Shown here: positions 53,625 to 63,646 of the stretch, piece by piece
Numbering within the stretch: the stretch's first letter is position 1
How the letters are laid out: each line of letters begins with the position of its first letter
Source of the DNA: an uncultured Acidobacteriota bacterium
GTDB taxonomy: Bacteria; Acidobacteriota; Terriglobia; UBA7540
DNA length: 64,000 bases
Assembly (NCBI GenBank): GCA_963804995.1
Contig: CAWDSK010000006.1
Span: forward strand, 416,001 to 480,000
Direction of reading: 5' to 3'
Notes under the pieces: generated by a model
The model's input: only the letters and a program-made list of their open reading frames with translations
Databases searched by the model: none
What the model was told of the DNA's origin: nothing
Position numbers and translations under genes: made by a program

Positions 53625-54755
53625 CTACCTCCGAGCAGGAGCATAAGGCATCGGCGGTCGCTGCACAGTTCCGCCCACGGCGCCGCCCCGATTAATCATG
53701 TCCTGAAGTTCGTCGACATTGCTCGAACGGCTCAGCGCCGTCTCCAGGGTAATCGCTTTCTGCTGATAATTTGCAAACAGCGCTTGGTTAAAAGTCTGCA
53801 TTCCGAACTTATCCTGGCCCGACTGCATGGTGGAGTAGATCTGGTGAATCTTGTCCTCGCGGATGAGATTTCGAACCGCCGCATTCGGAATCAGGATTTC
53901 CATGGCCATTACCCGGCCCCGCCCGTCTGCCCTGGGCAAGAGCGACTGGCAAAGCACGGCCTCCAGCACCAGTGACAATTGCGCCCGGATCTGCGACTGC
54001 TGGTGCGAGGGAAACACGTCGATGATTCGGTTGATGGTCGAAGAGGCGGAGTTCGTGTGCAGGGTGGCAAACGTCAGGTGGCCCGTTTCAGCAATACGCA
54101 GCGCCGACTCAATGGTCTCCAGGTCGCGCATTTCACCGATCAGCACCACGTCGGGGTCCTCACGCAGAGCGGCGCGCAACGCGTTGGAAAAGGATTGCGT
54201 GTCCGAGTGAACTTCGCGCTGGTTCACCAGGCATTTCTTGTGCGGGTGGATAAACTCGATGGGGTCCTCGATCGTGAGCATATGCTCATAGCGGGTTTGG
54301 TTGATCACGTTGAGCATGGTGGCCAGGGTGGTCGACTTCCCGCTGCCGGTCGGACCGGTCACCAAAATGAGTCCCCGGGGCTTTTCGCAAAGCTTGCGAA
54401 GGATGGGGGGTAGCATGAGCTGCTCGAAGGTTCTGATCTCGAAGGGGATCACGCGGAAGACACCCGCCGTGGCGCCGCGCTGATTGAAGAGATTCCCACG
54501 GAAGCGGGCGATGTTCTTGATCCCAAAAGAAAAGTCGAGCTCGAGGCTTTCCTCAAACCGGTGCTTTTGGTTGTCGGTCAGAATGCTGTAGGCGAGCTGT
54601 TTCGTGTCCGCAGGACCCAGGGGAGGAACATCGTCCAGCGGCTTCAGTTCGCCGTGGATACGAACACGCGGCGGTGAGTTGGTGGTAATGTGGAGGTCGG
54701 AGCCTCCCGAATCGACCATCCTCTTCAGCAGTTCGCTGAGTGTTGGTAACGCCAT
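53625..54755 (-). CDS. pilT: Pilus retraction ATPase PilT
   Basis: GPTGSGKSTT, ALREDPD, AVRNLIRE motif. Confidence 0.97.
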   Translation of the reverse strand: MALPTLSELLKRMVDSGGSDLHITTNSPPRVRIHGELKPLDDVPPLGPADTKQLAYSILTDNQKHRFEESLELDFSFGIKNIARFRGNLFNQRGATAGVFRVIPFEIRTFEQLMLPPILRKLCEKPRGLILVTGPTGSGKSTTLATMLNVINQTRYEHMLTIEDPIEFIHPHKKCLVNQREVHSDTQSFSNALRAALREDPDVVLIGEMRDLETIESALRIAETGHLTFATLHTNSASSTINRIIDVFPSHQQSQIRAQLSLVLEAVLCQSLLPRADGRGRVMAMEILIPNAAVRNLIREDKIHQIYSTMQSGQDKFGMQTFNQALFANYQQKAITLETALSRSSNVDELQDMINRGGAVGGTVQRPPMPYAPARR

Positions 54756-54805
54756 TACTTCTGCACTCCTTTGGGGGGCCGCCCCGTCCTCAGCCGAGCG
54801 ACCGG

Positions 54806-56536
54806 CTAAAGCACCGTTTCACGAAAAACTTCTTCGAGCGTTGTCATCCCCGCCGCGCATTTGATCAACCCGCTCCGCCGCAAGCTGATCATCCCCTGGT
54901 CGATCGATTTCTTCCTGAGTTCGAGAGCCGACGCTCCCACCAGGATCAGTTCGCGAAGCTCATCGGTAACCTCGACGATCTCGTATAGGGCCACGCGTCC
55001 CTTATAGCCTCTGTTACCACAGGTGGAACACCCCGCGCCTTTATAGACTTTCACCGTCTTGGCTTCTTCCGGGGTGTAGCCTGCGTCAATGAGCAATTGG
55101 GGGGATACCGCCTCCACAGTTTTGCAGTCCTGGCAAATCCTCCGGACCAGGCGCTGGGCGCAGATCAAGTGCACCGAAGTGGCCACCAGGAACGGTTCGA
55201 TGCCCATGTTCATCAATCGCGAAATGGTAGAGGGTGCATCGTTGGTGTGCAGGGTCGAAAGAACCAGGTGGCCCGTGAGCGCCGCCTTGATGGCAATTTC
55301 CGCGGTTTCAAAGTCCCGGATCTCACCCACCAGGATAATGTTGGGATCTTGCCGCAGGAAGGCGCGCAGGGCGGCCGCGAAGTTCAGCCCAATCTGCTCC
55401 TTCATCTGCACCTGGTTGATGCCGGGCAATTGAAACTCCACGGGGTCTTCCGCGGTAATAATGTTGGTTTCCGGCTTGTTGAGCTGCGAAATCGAGGAAT
55501 AGAGCGTGTTGGTCTTTCCGCTTCCGGTGGGCCCGGTCACCAGAACCATGCCATAGGGCTTGAAAATCGCCTTCTGGAATTTATCCAGTGACTCCTGCTC
55601 AAACCCCAGCTTGGTCATGTCGAGGCGCAGGTTTTCTTTGTCCAACAAGCGCATGACGACCTTTTCGCCGTGCAGCGTGGGAAGCACCGAGACGCGGAAG
55701 TCGAGCGACTTCTTCTTCCCATCCTTCATCATTTTGATCATGATGCGCCCGTCTTGCGGCAGGCGCTTTTCAGAGATATCCAACTTCGACATGATCTTGA
55801 TGCGGCTGATAATGGCGTCGCGCAGTTTGAAGGGTGGATTCATGATGGTCTGGAGCAAGCCATCCACGCGGTAGCGGACGCGGTATTCCTTTTCGTAAGG
55901 CTCCAGGTGAATGTCACTGGCCCCACGCTTGACCGCGTCGGTCAGAATATAGTTGACCAGTTTGATGACCGGAGCTTCCTCGGCCGCTCTCTCCAATTGC
56001 TCCAGGTTTAACATCCCATCTTCGTCAGCCTCCAGCTCCAGGCTTTCGGTTTGGCTTTCATCAATGAAGCTGACGATTTCTTCCAGCTCTCTCCTGCGTT
56101 CCTGGTCCTCAATGCTTCCATAGTTTTTTTTGATGGCATCCACGATGGCCGCTTCGGACGCCACCACCGGTTCGATGTTGAATCCGGTCATGAACTTGAT
56201 ATCGTCCATGGCGAATACATTGGTGGGATCCACCATGGCCAACGTCAACGACGATCCCACCCGGCTGAGCGGCAGCACCTGGTATTTCAGCGACGTTTCC
56301 ATGGGGATCAGTTTGATAACATTGGGATCGACTTCAAAATAGGCGAGGTTGATGGAAGGAACACCATACTGCCGGGAAAGGACGGCAGTGACCTCATCGT
56401 CATTTAGAAAACCCAACTTAACCAGGGAATTCCCCAGCCTACCCCCGTTCGCCTTCTGGTGATCAAGCGCTTGCTTGAGCTGATCCGGGGTAATCAGGTT
56501 TTCTTTAATCAGGATTTCGCCGAGCTTGCCAGACAT
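54806..56536 (-). CDS. pilB: Pilus assembly ATPase PilB
   Basis: MshEN-like KLGEILI N-terminus, GPTGSGKT, LRQDP, tetracysteine CQDC...CSTC. Confidence 0.97.
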   Translation of the reverse strand: MSGKLGEILIKENLITPDQLKQALDHQKANGGRLGNSLVKLGFLNDDEVTAVLSRQYGVPSINLAYFEVDPNVIKLIPMETSLKYQVLPLSRVGSSLTLAMVDPTNVFAMDDIKFMTGFNIEPVVASEAAIVDAIKKNYGSIEDQERRRELEEIVSFIDESQTESLELEADEDGMLNLEQLERAAEEAPVIKLVNYILTDAVKRGASDIHLEPYEKEYRVRYRVDGLLQTIMNPPFKLRDAIISRIKIMSKLDISEKRLPQDGRIMIKMMKDGKKKSLDFRVSVLPTLHGEKVVMRLLDKENLRLDMTKLGFEQESLDKFQKAIFKPYGMVLVTGPTGSGKTNTLYSSISQLNKPETNIITAEDPVEFQLPGINQVQMKEQIGLNFAAALRAFLRQDPNIILVGEIRDFETAEIAIKAALTGHLVLSTLHTNDAPSTISRLMNMGIEPFLVATSVHLICAQRLVRRICQDCKTVEAVSPQLLIDAGYTPEEAKTVKVYKGAGCSTCGNRGYKGRVALYEIVEVTDELRELILVGASALELRKKSIDQGMISLRRSGLIKCAAGMTTLEEVFRETVL

Positions 56537-56639
56537 TCCCCAACCCCTCGCTATCCCGGCTTAGTCTACACCGCTCCATGAGACCGCACGCCCTTGTGTG
56601 ACTCCATGGCAAGTCTCTGAAAGTCACGTAGTTAATTGA

Positions 56640-56668
56640 ATCGTAAGGAACTCCTCGCAAGATGTCAA
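56640..56668 (-). promoter_or_regulatory. Sigma70 promoter for pilB
   Basis: TTGACA-17 nt-TACGAT. Confidence 0.75.
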
Positions 56669-56834
56669 GGCGATTTCCCACACCCACTGGCGCGCCAGGA
56701 AACACCCCCGGCCGCCCTCCGGCCCGAGCCTCGAAGGGTTGCCCTCGCCAGTATGATTCACCCGGTCACCTCGGCGGCTTTCGCCCCCCCGGGCACCTTG
56801 ACTTTGGGGTAGGGCGAGTATAACTTTTCATAAT

Positions 56835-57590
56835 ATGCAATGGATAGCTCAGCCGTGCGAGGCGGCGCCAGGTGAAACACTTCGCCGGTTCTACCGGACA
56901 CTGCTGGAACGCCTGGGGCCGCAAGGTTGGTGGCCTGCCAAAACGCGCTTGGAAATGATCCTGGGCGCCATTCTTACCCAGAACACGACTTGGCGAAATG
57001 CCACGTTGGCCTTGAAGAACCTCCGCAGGGCCGGGCTGCTCTCCTGGCGAGGTCTTCGGCGGACCCCCTTAAACGAACTGGAGCTCGCGGTGAGGCCGGC
57101 CGGCTTTTATCGGCAGAAAGCCAGGACGATTCACCTTTTTGCGGACTGGCTCGAGCATGCCTTTGGCGGCTCGTTGGAGGCCCTCTTTAAGTTAGGGCCC
57201 CAGCCCGCCCGGCAGGGACTTCTCACTCTCCAGGGTATTGGCCCGGAGACGGCGGATGCGATTCTGTTGTATGCGGGACGGCTCCCCCTCTTTGTTGCGG
57301 ATGCTTATACCCGCCGGGTTCTTTCCCGTCATCAACTCCTTCCCGCGACAGCCAGTTACGAGTCCGCCCAGCAATTCCTGCACCAGCACCTGGGATCTGA
57401 TCAGGCGATGTACAATGAGTTTCACGCCCTGCTGGTTGAGGTCGCCAAACGCTATTGCCAGCGACAAGTGGCGCACTGTGAGGAATGCCCCCTGCGCGAG
57501 TTCCTTCCGTCAGGGCTGGCCCAAGAATTACAGGCTGCTGCCACCATGGGGCAGGACAGAAGGCTGACGCTCAGGAACGCCACCGCATAG
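56835..57590 (+). CDS. HhH-GPD / endonuclease III-related DNA glycosylase
   Basis: WWP...GAILTQNTTW, GFYRQKA, GIGPETADAILLYA, C-terminal YC......CEECPL. Confidence 0.9.
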   Translation: MQWIAQPCEAAPGETLRRFYRTLLERLGPQGWWPAKTRLEMILGAILTQNTTWRNATLALKNLRRAGLLSWRGLRRTPLNELELAVRPAGFYRQKARTIHLFADWLEHAFGGSLEALFKLGPQPARQGLLTLQGIGPETADAILLYAGRLPLFVADAYTRRVLSRHQLLPATASYESAQQFLHQHLGSDQAMYNEFHALLVEVAKRYCQRQVAHCEECPLREFLPSGLAQELQAAATMGQDRRLTLRNATA

Positions 57591-57599
57591 GCGACGGTT

Positions 57600-59855
57600 A
57601 TGAATACTGATCCGGCTCAACGGCGCAAGATTATCCTGATGGTGTTGCTGGTCGTTGTCCCGGCCCTTTTCTTCCTGGGCTGGAGTCAAGTCTCGCTCCA
57701 GTTGTGGTTCTTCATTCATCCCACTAATTCCGAACAAACCATCTTGTTGCTGGCTCTTTCCACGGTCATTTTCCTTGCCTTTGTGATTTTTGCGCTCATC
57801 CTGCTGCGCATTCTTTTGAAACTCTATGTGGAACGAAAGCAACAGCAACTGGGGGCGCGCTTCAAGACCAAAATGGTGGTGGCGTTCCTGGGACTCTCCC
57901 TGGTACCGGTCTGTTTTCTCTTCGTCTTTTCCTCCTGGTTGCTGAACCGCACCATCGACCGATGGTTCAGCGTCCCCCTTGACCTGATCCGGCAGGACTC
58001 AGAGGAACTGGTGCGGCAGCTCGAACTCCAGGCCGCCCAGCGCGCCGACCACATTTCCAACTTTCTGGCGGAGAGTGCGGAAATGATCGAGGCCATGGAG
58101 CACCACCGGACTCCCGTGGTGGCGCGACTGGTGACGCAGGAGGTAACCGCGGACCCTGGAACCGTCGCCGCCATGTGCTTTGATTCCTCTGGCCGGCTGG
58201 TGGCCCAAGCGGGAGACCCGTGGCCCGATGCAGCCGCCGTCGCCGGATATTTTCCCCAAGTTCGGGGAGGCAGCATCCCCCCAAGCGGCCTCATCGGACA
58301 CTGGCCGGTGGGAGAATATGTGCTCTTCATTTCAGTTGACCCGATCCTCAATGCGGCTGGCACGCGGCTGGGAACAGTCGCTGGTATCACGCGCTTGCCC
58401 GCGAAGCTCACCTTGATCTCCAGTGAAATCTCCCGGGAGACCCAGAAATACAACGACCTCACGCGGGAAAGAAAAGCCGTCAAGCGCAATTACCTTTCCA
58501 TGCTCTGGCTGCTGACCCTGCTCATTCTTTTCATGGCCACCTGGTTCGCACTTTTCCTTTCCAAGCAGGTCACCATTCCCATCCAGGCGCTGGCGCGAGC
58601 CACGCACGAGGTTTCGCAGGGCAACCTGGGATTCCAAATCAATGCGCGCGCCGACGACGAGTTGGGAGTGCTGGTGCATTCCTTCAACCAGATGACCCTG
58701 CAACTGCTGGAGAACCGGCGCGCCATCGAGCAAGCCTCCCTCAAGCTCCAGGAGGCCAATCGCCAATTGGAGGAGCGCGGCAACACGATCGAAGCCATCC
58801 TGGAAAACATTCCCACCGGAGTCATTTCGTTTGATCCGCAAGGCCAAATCACGCGGCTGAACTCTACTGCCGAACGGATGTTTGGCGGGGCCCCCGTCCG
58901 CTCGGCCCACCTCCTCTCCGACCTTTTCTCTCCCGAGGACTCGCTGGAAATTATCCGCATGTTCCGGCGTGCCGGCCGCCAGGGTGTGGTCACGCACCAG
59001 ATGGAACTCAACCTGGGAGGGCGCTCAACCTTTGTGGCGCTGACCCTCTCCTCCGTTCAGGCTCGGCATGGGCGGGTGGGATCCGTCCTGGTGATAGAAG
59101 ACCTTACCGAAGTCTTACAAGCGCAGCGCTCTGCCGCCTGGCGGGAGGTCGCCCAGCGCATCGCCCACGAAATCAAGAACCCGCTCACCCCCATTCAGCT
59201 TTCCACGGAGCGCATTCTGCGGCTGATTGAGCGCGCCGGGGCCGCTGCCCCCTCGCCGGAACTGCTGGCCGCCGTGGGTGACAGCGCCTCGTTGATTGGC
59301 CGCGAGGTCAGCACTCTGAAGACGCTCGTCGATGAGTTCTCCGCCTTTGCGCGTTTCCCAACTTCCAAACCGGTACCCTCCAGCGTCAATGACATCCTGG
59401 AAAACGCCTTGAATGTCTTCGAAGGACGCTTGGACGGGGTCAAAATCCATCGCGACTTGTCTCCCGGCTTGCCCGTCGTCCAGGCCGATCCCGACCAGAT
59501 GAAGCGCGTCGTGGTCAATTTGATTGATAATGCTGCGGAAGCTCTGGAACATTCCTTGCGCAAGGAAATCTGGGTCAGCAGCGCGCTGGACTCTGAGCGC
59601 GACGTGGTGGAAATCACGGTCGCGGATAGTGGCCCGGGAATCCCCCCGGAAGCCAAGGAAAGATTGTTCCTGCCTTACTTCTCCACCAAGCGTACGGGAA
59701 CCGGTCTGGGCTTGGCGATCGTCAATCGCATCGTCACCGAGCACCACGGCTCCATTCGCGCCGAGGAGAACCTGCCCACGGGCAGCAAGTTTGTCATCGA
59801 ACTGCCCGTGGAACGAACCCCCGCCGAGCCAGCCACAGCGCGCGAGATGTCGTAA
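57600..59855 (+). CDS. NtrY-like HAMP/PAS sensor histidine kinase
   Basis: WREVAQRIAHEIKNPLTPIQLS H-box, HAMP, PAS, GTGLGLA. Confidence 0.9.
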   Translation: MNTDPAQRRKIILMVLLVVVPALFFLGWSQVSLQLWFFIHPTNSEQTILLLALSTVIFLAFVIFALILLRILLKLYVERKQQQLGARFKTKMVVAFLGLSLVPVCFLFVFSSWLLNRTIDRWFSVPLDLIRQDSEELVRQLELQAAQRADHISNFLAESAEMIEAMEHHRTPVVARLVTQEVTADPGTVAAMCFDSSGRLVAQAGDPWPDAAAVAGYFPQVRGGSIPPSGLIGHWPVGEYVLFISVDPILNAAGTRLGTVAGITRLPAKLTLISSEISRETQKYNDLTRERKAVKRNYLSMLWLLTLLILFMATWFALFLSKQVTIPIQALARATHEVSQGNLGFQINARADDELGVLVHSFNQMTLQLLENRRAIEQASLKLQEANRQLEERGNTIEAILENIPTGVISFDPQGQITRLNSTAERMFGGAPVRSAHLLSDLFSPEDSLEIIRMFRRAGRQGVVTHQMELNLGGRSTFVALTLSSVQARHGRVGSVLVIEDLTEVLQAQRSAAWREVAQRIAHEIKNPLTPIQLSTERILRLIERAGAAAPSPELLAAVGDSASLIGREVSTLKTLVDEFSAFARFPTSKPVPSSVNDILENALNVFEGRLDGVKIHRDLSPGLPVVQADPDQMKRVVVNLIDNAAEALEHSLRKEIWVSSALDSERDVVEITVADSGPGIPPEAKERLFLPYFSTKRTGTGLGLAIVNRIVTEHHGSIRAEENLPTGSKFVIELPVERTPAEPATAREMS

Positions 59856-59907
59856 AGCGGCTGGCCAAATTACCAATCGACCCGCGCGATCTCTGCCCTG
59901 AAAATGC

Positions 59908-60084
59908 ACGCCTCCTGAATCAGGAGGCGAGCTATTTAAGAACTCCCCGCCTCAGGTGCCCGCGTAACCACCCCGTCGCCTCCGGCGCCACCCCTCCTGA
60001 ATCAGGAGGGGAGTTCTTAAGTAACTCCCCGCCTCAGATGAGGAGGGGTGGCGCGCCGAGCGCCGGGGTGGCGCTGACAAGATA
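59908..60084. repeat. Cluster of CCCCTCCT...AGGAGGGG palindromes
   Basis: cctcctgaatcaggagg x2 and aactccccgcctcag x2; partial copy at 63859-63909. Confidence 0.8.
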
Positions 60085-60224
60085 ATGGGGCGGCCGGCTG
60101 GCGGAAATCGCGGCTCCTCGTTATCGGCGTCCCAAGAAAATGCGCGGAACTTTCCGCCCCCTCAAACGTATGAGGTTACGGGGGCAGCTTTCAGCCCAAA
60201 CCAAGCTGGCCAGGGGGCCGGATC

Positions 60225-62693
60225 GTGGGATCATTCAACCGTCAACTCAGACAAATTCTGCGCAGGTTCGGTCGGGCGCCTATGTTTATGGTGGTTACTC
60301 TGGTGACGCTCGCCGTGGGGATAGGTGCCAACACTGCGATTTTCAGCGTGATCGAGGGCGTGCTGCTGAAGCCGCTCCCCTACCCTCAGGCGGAGCAACT
60401 GGTGGGTGTGCAGCTCACGGCGCCGGGCGCTAACATCAAGGATGTGGTCCTCTCGCCCTCCGCGTATTTCATCTTTCGTGAACAAAGCCGCGTCTTTCAG
60501 GATGTGGGTCTTTACAGCAGTAATACGTCAAATGTGACGGGTGTCGCGCAACCCGAACAGGTGCCGGTGCTGATGGTCACCGATGGCACGTTGCCCCTTC
60601 TGGGTATTCCGCCCATGCTGGGGCGAGGGTTTAACCGCACGGACGATTCGCCGGACAGTCCCCGAACGGTGATGCTGACCTATGGGTATTGGCGCCGCAA
60701 GTTCGGCGGTGACTCGTCCGTCGTGGGGCGAACCCTGCAAGTGGACGGCAAGGCGCGGATCATCATCGGGGTAATGTCAGAGCGCTTCCACTTCCTGGAT
60801 AACGACAACCCGGCGCTGGTCCTGCCCTACCGGCTCGACCGTGCCAAGACCACCCTGGCAGATTTCAGTTACCCCGCCTTGGCCCGACTCAAGCCGGGAG
60901 TTACCCTGGCGGAAGCCAACGCCGACGTGGCGCGGATGCTTCCCATCGTCAACCGAAGTTTTCCAGCACGCGGCATCAGCGTGAAGCAACTGGAGGAAGC
61001 GCGGATTGGGCCGAACCTGAAGACTTTGAAACAAGTCGTGGTGGGCGATGTGGGTGAACTCTTATGGGTTCTCATGGGGGGGATTGGGATGGTGCTGCTG
61101 ATCGCCTGCGCCAACGTCGCCAACCTGCTCCTGGTCAGGGCCGAAGGGCGCCGGCAGGAATTCGCGGTTCGGGCTGCTCTGGGCGCCACGCAGGGGCGGA
61201 TTGCCGGTGAATTGCTGTTCGAAAGCGTGCTCCTCGGCTTCCTTGGCAGCATGTTGGGGTTGGGATTGGCCTATGGCGCCTTGCGCCTGCTGGTGGCGCT
61301 GGCCCCGGCGGGCCTGCCGCGGCTGGATGAGATTGGAATTGATGCGCCGGTGTTGCTGTTCACCGTGGCTGCCTCTTTCCTGGCGAGCCTCTTGTTCGGC
61401 TCGATTCCCGTCCTCAAATATGCCGGGGCGCTTCCGGGAGCCGACCTGCGCGGCGGAGGACGATCGCTCAGCGAGAGCCGGGAACGGCGCCGCGCCCGCA
61501 ACGCCCTCGTAATCGTCCAGGTGGCGCTGGCGATGGTGCTGCTGATCTCGTCCGGTCTCATGATTCGCACCTTCCGGGCCCTGACCCGAGTCCATCCCGG
61601 ATTCACGGGGGCGGCCCAGGTTGAGACCCTCTCGTTATTTATCCCTGACGCCGAGGTGCCGGAAGCCGCCCAAGTGGTGCGCATGGAGGAGGAGATTCTG
61701 CACAAGCTCGAGGCCATACCGGGTGTGTCCTCGGTCGGTATGGGCACCAACATTCCCATGGATGGATCTGACAGTTGGAATCCGATCTTCGCCCAGGACC
61801 GGACCTATCACGAGGGGGAACTTCCCCCCCTGCGACATTTCAAGTTCGTGTCACCCGGCTACTTCCGAACCCTGGGCATTCCGTTCGTTGCCGGGCGCGA
61901 TATCACCTGGATGGAGATCTACAACCAGCGGCCGGTGGCGCTGGTTTCTGAAAACCTGGCGCGCGAGTATTGGGGCGACCCGGCGGGCGCGCTGGGCAAG
62001 CGTGTCCGGATGGGTCCCCTCGAGGACTGGACCGAGGTCGTCGGCGTGGTGGCCAACGTTCATGAGAACGGGGTGAATCAGGAGGCTCCCACCGGTGTCG
62101 ATTGGCCCATCATGATGCGCCATTTCTGGAATGAAGCGCCGATGGTGCGCCGCTCGCTGACCTTCGTCATCCGCAGCCCCCGGGTGGGCTCGGAGAGCTT
62201 TCTGAAGGAGGTGCGGCAGGCGGTGTGGTCGGTGGATGCCAGTCTCCCCATTGCCAACATCCACTCCCTGGATTACTTCTACCAGAAATCCATGGCACGG
62301 ACTTCGTTCACCCTCGTGATGCTGGGCTTGGCGGGAGCCATGGCGCTGTTGCTGGGGGCCGTGGGTCTCTATGGTGTGATCGCCTATTCGGTTTCGCAAC
62401 GCAAACGCGAGATCGGCGTGCGCCTGGCGCTCGGCGCACAGCAGCATGAAATCACGGGAATGTTCGTTCGGCACGCCCTGTTGCTCGCCGGTACGGGGGT
62501 AGCTTGCGGCCTCGCCGCAGCCATGGCCTTGATGCGGCTGATGTCATCGCTGCTGTTCAGGGTGAGCCCCGCCGATCCCGTCACCTACGGCGCGGTCTCC
62601 GTGGGTCTGGTTGCGACTGCCGTCCTGGCCAGCTACTTGCCCTCCCGGCGAGCGGCAAAGGTGGACCCCATGGATGCCCTGCACGCCGAGTAA
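60225..62693 (+). CDS. ADOP-type (duplicated MacB/FtsX) ABC permease
   Basis: TLAVGIGANTAIFSV, LLIACANVANLLL, REIGVRLALGA, RRAAKVDPMDAL. Confidence 0.93.
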   Translation: MGSFNRQLRQILRRFGRAPMFMVVTLVTLAVGIGANTAIFSVIEGVLLKPLPYPQAEQLVGVQLTAPGANIKDVVLSPSAYFIFREQSRVFQDVGLYSSNTSNVTGVAQPEQVPVLMVTDGTLPLLGIPPMLGRGFNRTDDSPDSPRTVMLTYGYWRRKFGGDSSVVGRTLQVDGKARIIIGVMSERFHFLDNDNPALVLPYRLDRAKTTLADFSYPALARLKPGVTLAEANADVARMLPIVNRSFPARGISVKQLEEARIGPNLKTLKQVVVGDVGELLWVLMGGIGMVLLIACANVANLLLVRAEGRRQEFAVRAALGATQGRIAGELLFESVLLGFLGSMLGLGLAYGALRLLVALAPAGLPRLDEIGIDAPVLLFTVAASFLASLLFGSIPVLKYAGALPGADLRGGGRSLSESRERRRARNALVIVQVALAMVLLISSGLMIRTFRALTRVHPGFTGAAQVETLSLFIPDAEVPEAAQVVRMEEEILHKLEAIPGVSSVGMGTNIPMDGSDSWNPIFAQDRTYHEGELPPLRHFKFVSPGYFRTLGIPFVAGRDITWMEIYNQRPVALVSENLAREYWGDPAGALGKRVRMGPLEDWTEVVGVVANVHENGVNQEAPTGVDWPIMMRHFWNEAPMVRRSLTFVIRSPRVGSESFLKEVRQAVWSVDASLPIANIHSLDYFYQKSMARTSFTLVMLGLAGAMALLLGAVGLYGVIAYSVSQRKREIGVRLALGAQQHEITGMFVRHALLLAGTGVACGLAAAMALMRLMSSLLFRVSPADPVTYGAVSVGLVATAVLASYLPSRRAAKVDPMDALHAE

Positions 62694-62744
62694 CCTGACT
62701 TCCTTTGGGTGAGGCGACGGCGTAAGCGCACCGGACTCAATGAG

Positions 62745-62925
62745 GGGTAGCGCAGAGGTACGCGCCTTTTGCGTTCCTCTGCGGCATTTCGTTTATTCGC
62801 TTTAATAAACATGTGAACGCTTGCCGTATTTAGCTTTTCGTTTATTCGCTTTAATAAACATGTGATCGCTTGCCGTATTTAAAGCCGCGGAGTAGTGCTG
62901 AGATGCGCACAACTCCGCGCTACCC
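62745..62925. repeat. REPIN-like element with internal 46-bp tandem duplication
   Basis: gggtagcgcagag...ctccgcgctaccc ends; internal units at 62787-62832 and 62836-62881. Confidence 0.8.
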
Positions 62926-62931
62926 GCTAAG

Positions 62932-63573
62932 CTAGGGCCCGGCGACGGCGAACGCAAAGCGCTCTTGACCAACGAGGAAGTTCTTCACCAGTTCGCCGTT
63001 GTGCGTACCTGCCATATAAACGACGTATTCGCCCGGCGGAAGGGTCTGCCGCGGAATCAGTTGAAACGACGCTGCTGGGCGATTGGTTTGCTTGCTGTCG
63101 AGGCCGGGCGTCGGGTGCCCGTAACTCCGCACGTCAACCGGCACGTTAACCTTGGTAATGAAGCGTTTCCCGTCCTGGACGGCCAGTCGCGTGAGCAGCA
63201 GATGCCTCTGCACTGCTTCGACCGTCGTTTCCTGGCCCCATCGATCGCCAGGAGCCAGAAAGCGAACGGCCAGCACCTGCGCCTCGCCGGGCTTGAACAC
63301 CACCGAAGACGCCGCGCCCTCGATGTACATCGTGTAAGACTGAACCGCGGGTTGGAAGATTCCCGCGCGGTGCGGCGGACCTGCTTTCTTCTCCTTCAGC
63401 TTGACTCGCTCGAGCGCCTCGAGTGCACCCACCGGCGTAAGGCGGTAGACCTCACCGACCGTGGCCGGCTCTGGAGCGGTCAGCGGTGACGGTAACGGAG
63501 GATTCTGAGCATGAGAAGCACAGACCCATAGAAACACAGCGATCAGGGAATAGGTAAGTCGTTGTCTCGTCAT
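62932..63573 (-). CDS. Hypothetical secreted protein
   Basis: GGAAGGAA RBS, signal peptide ending ASHA-Q, C-terminal LPPGEY motif. Confidence 0.75.
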   Translation of the reverse strand: MTRQRLTYSLIAVFLWVCASHAQNPPLPSPLTAPEPATVGEVYRLTPVGALEALERVKLKEKKAGPPHRAGIFQPAVQSYTMYIEGAASSVVFKPGEAQVLAVRFLAPGDRWGQETTVEAVQRHLLLTRLAVQDGKRFITKVNVPVDVRSYGHPTPGLDSKQTNRPAASFQLIPRQTLPPGEYVVYMAGTHNGELVKNFLVGQERFAFAVAGP

Positions 63574-63646
63574 AATGATCGTTCCTTCCCTTGCCGCGTT
63601 AGCTGGCGGACTCGTACTGTCTGAGTTAGTGCGCCTTCCGGCTCAT

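Noticed and set aside
62787..62881. dif/Xer site or mini-CRISPR
   Set aside because: Arms do not match the XerC/XerD consensus and the two units are separated by only 3 bp
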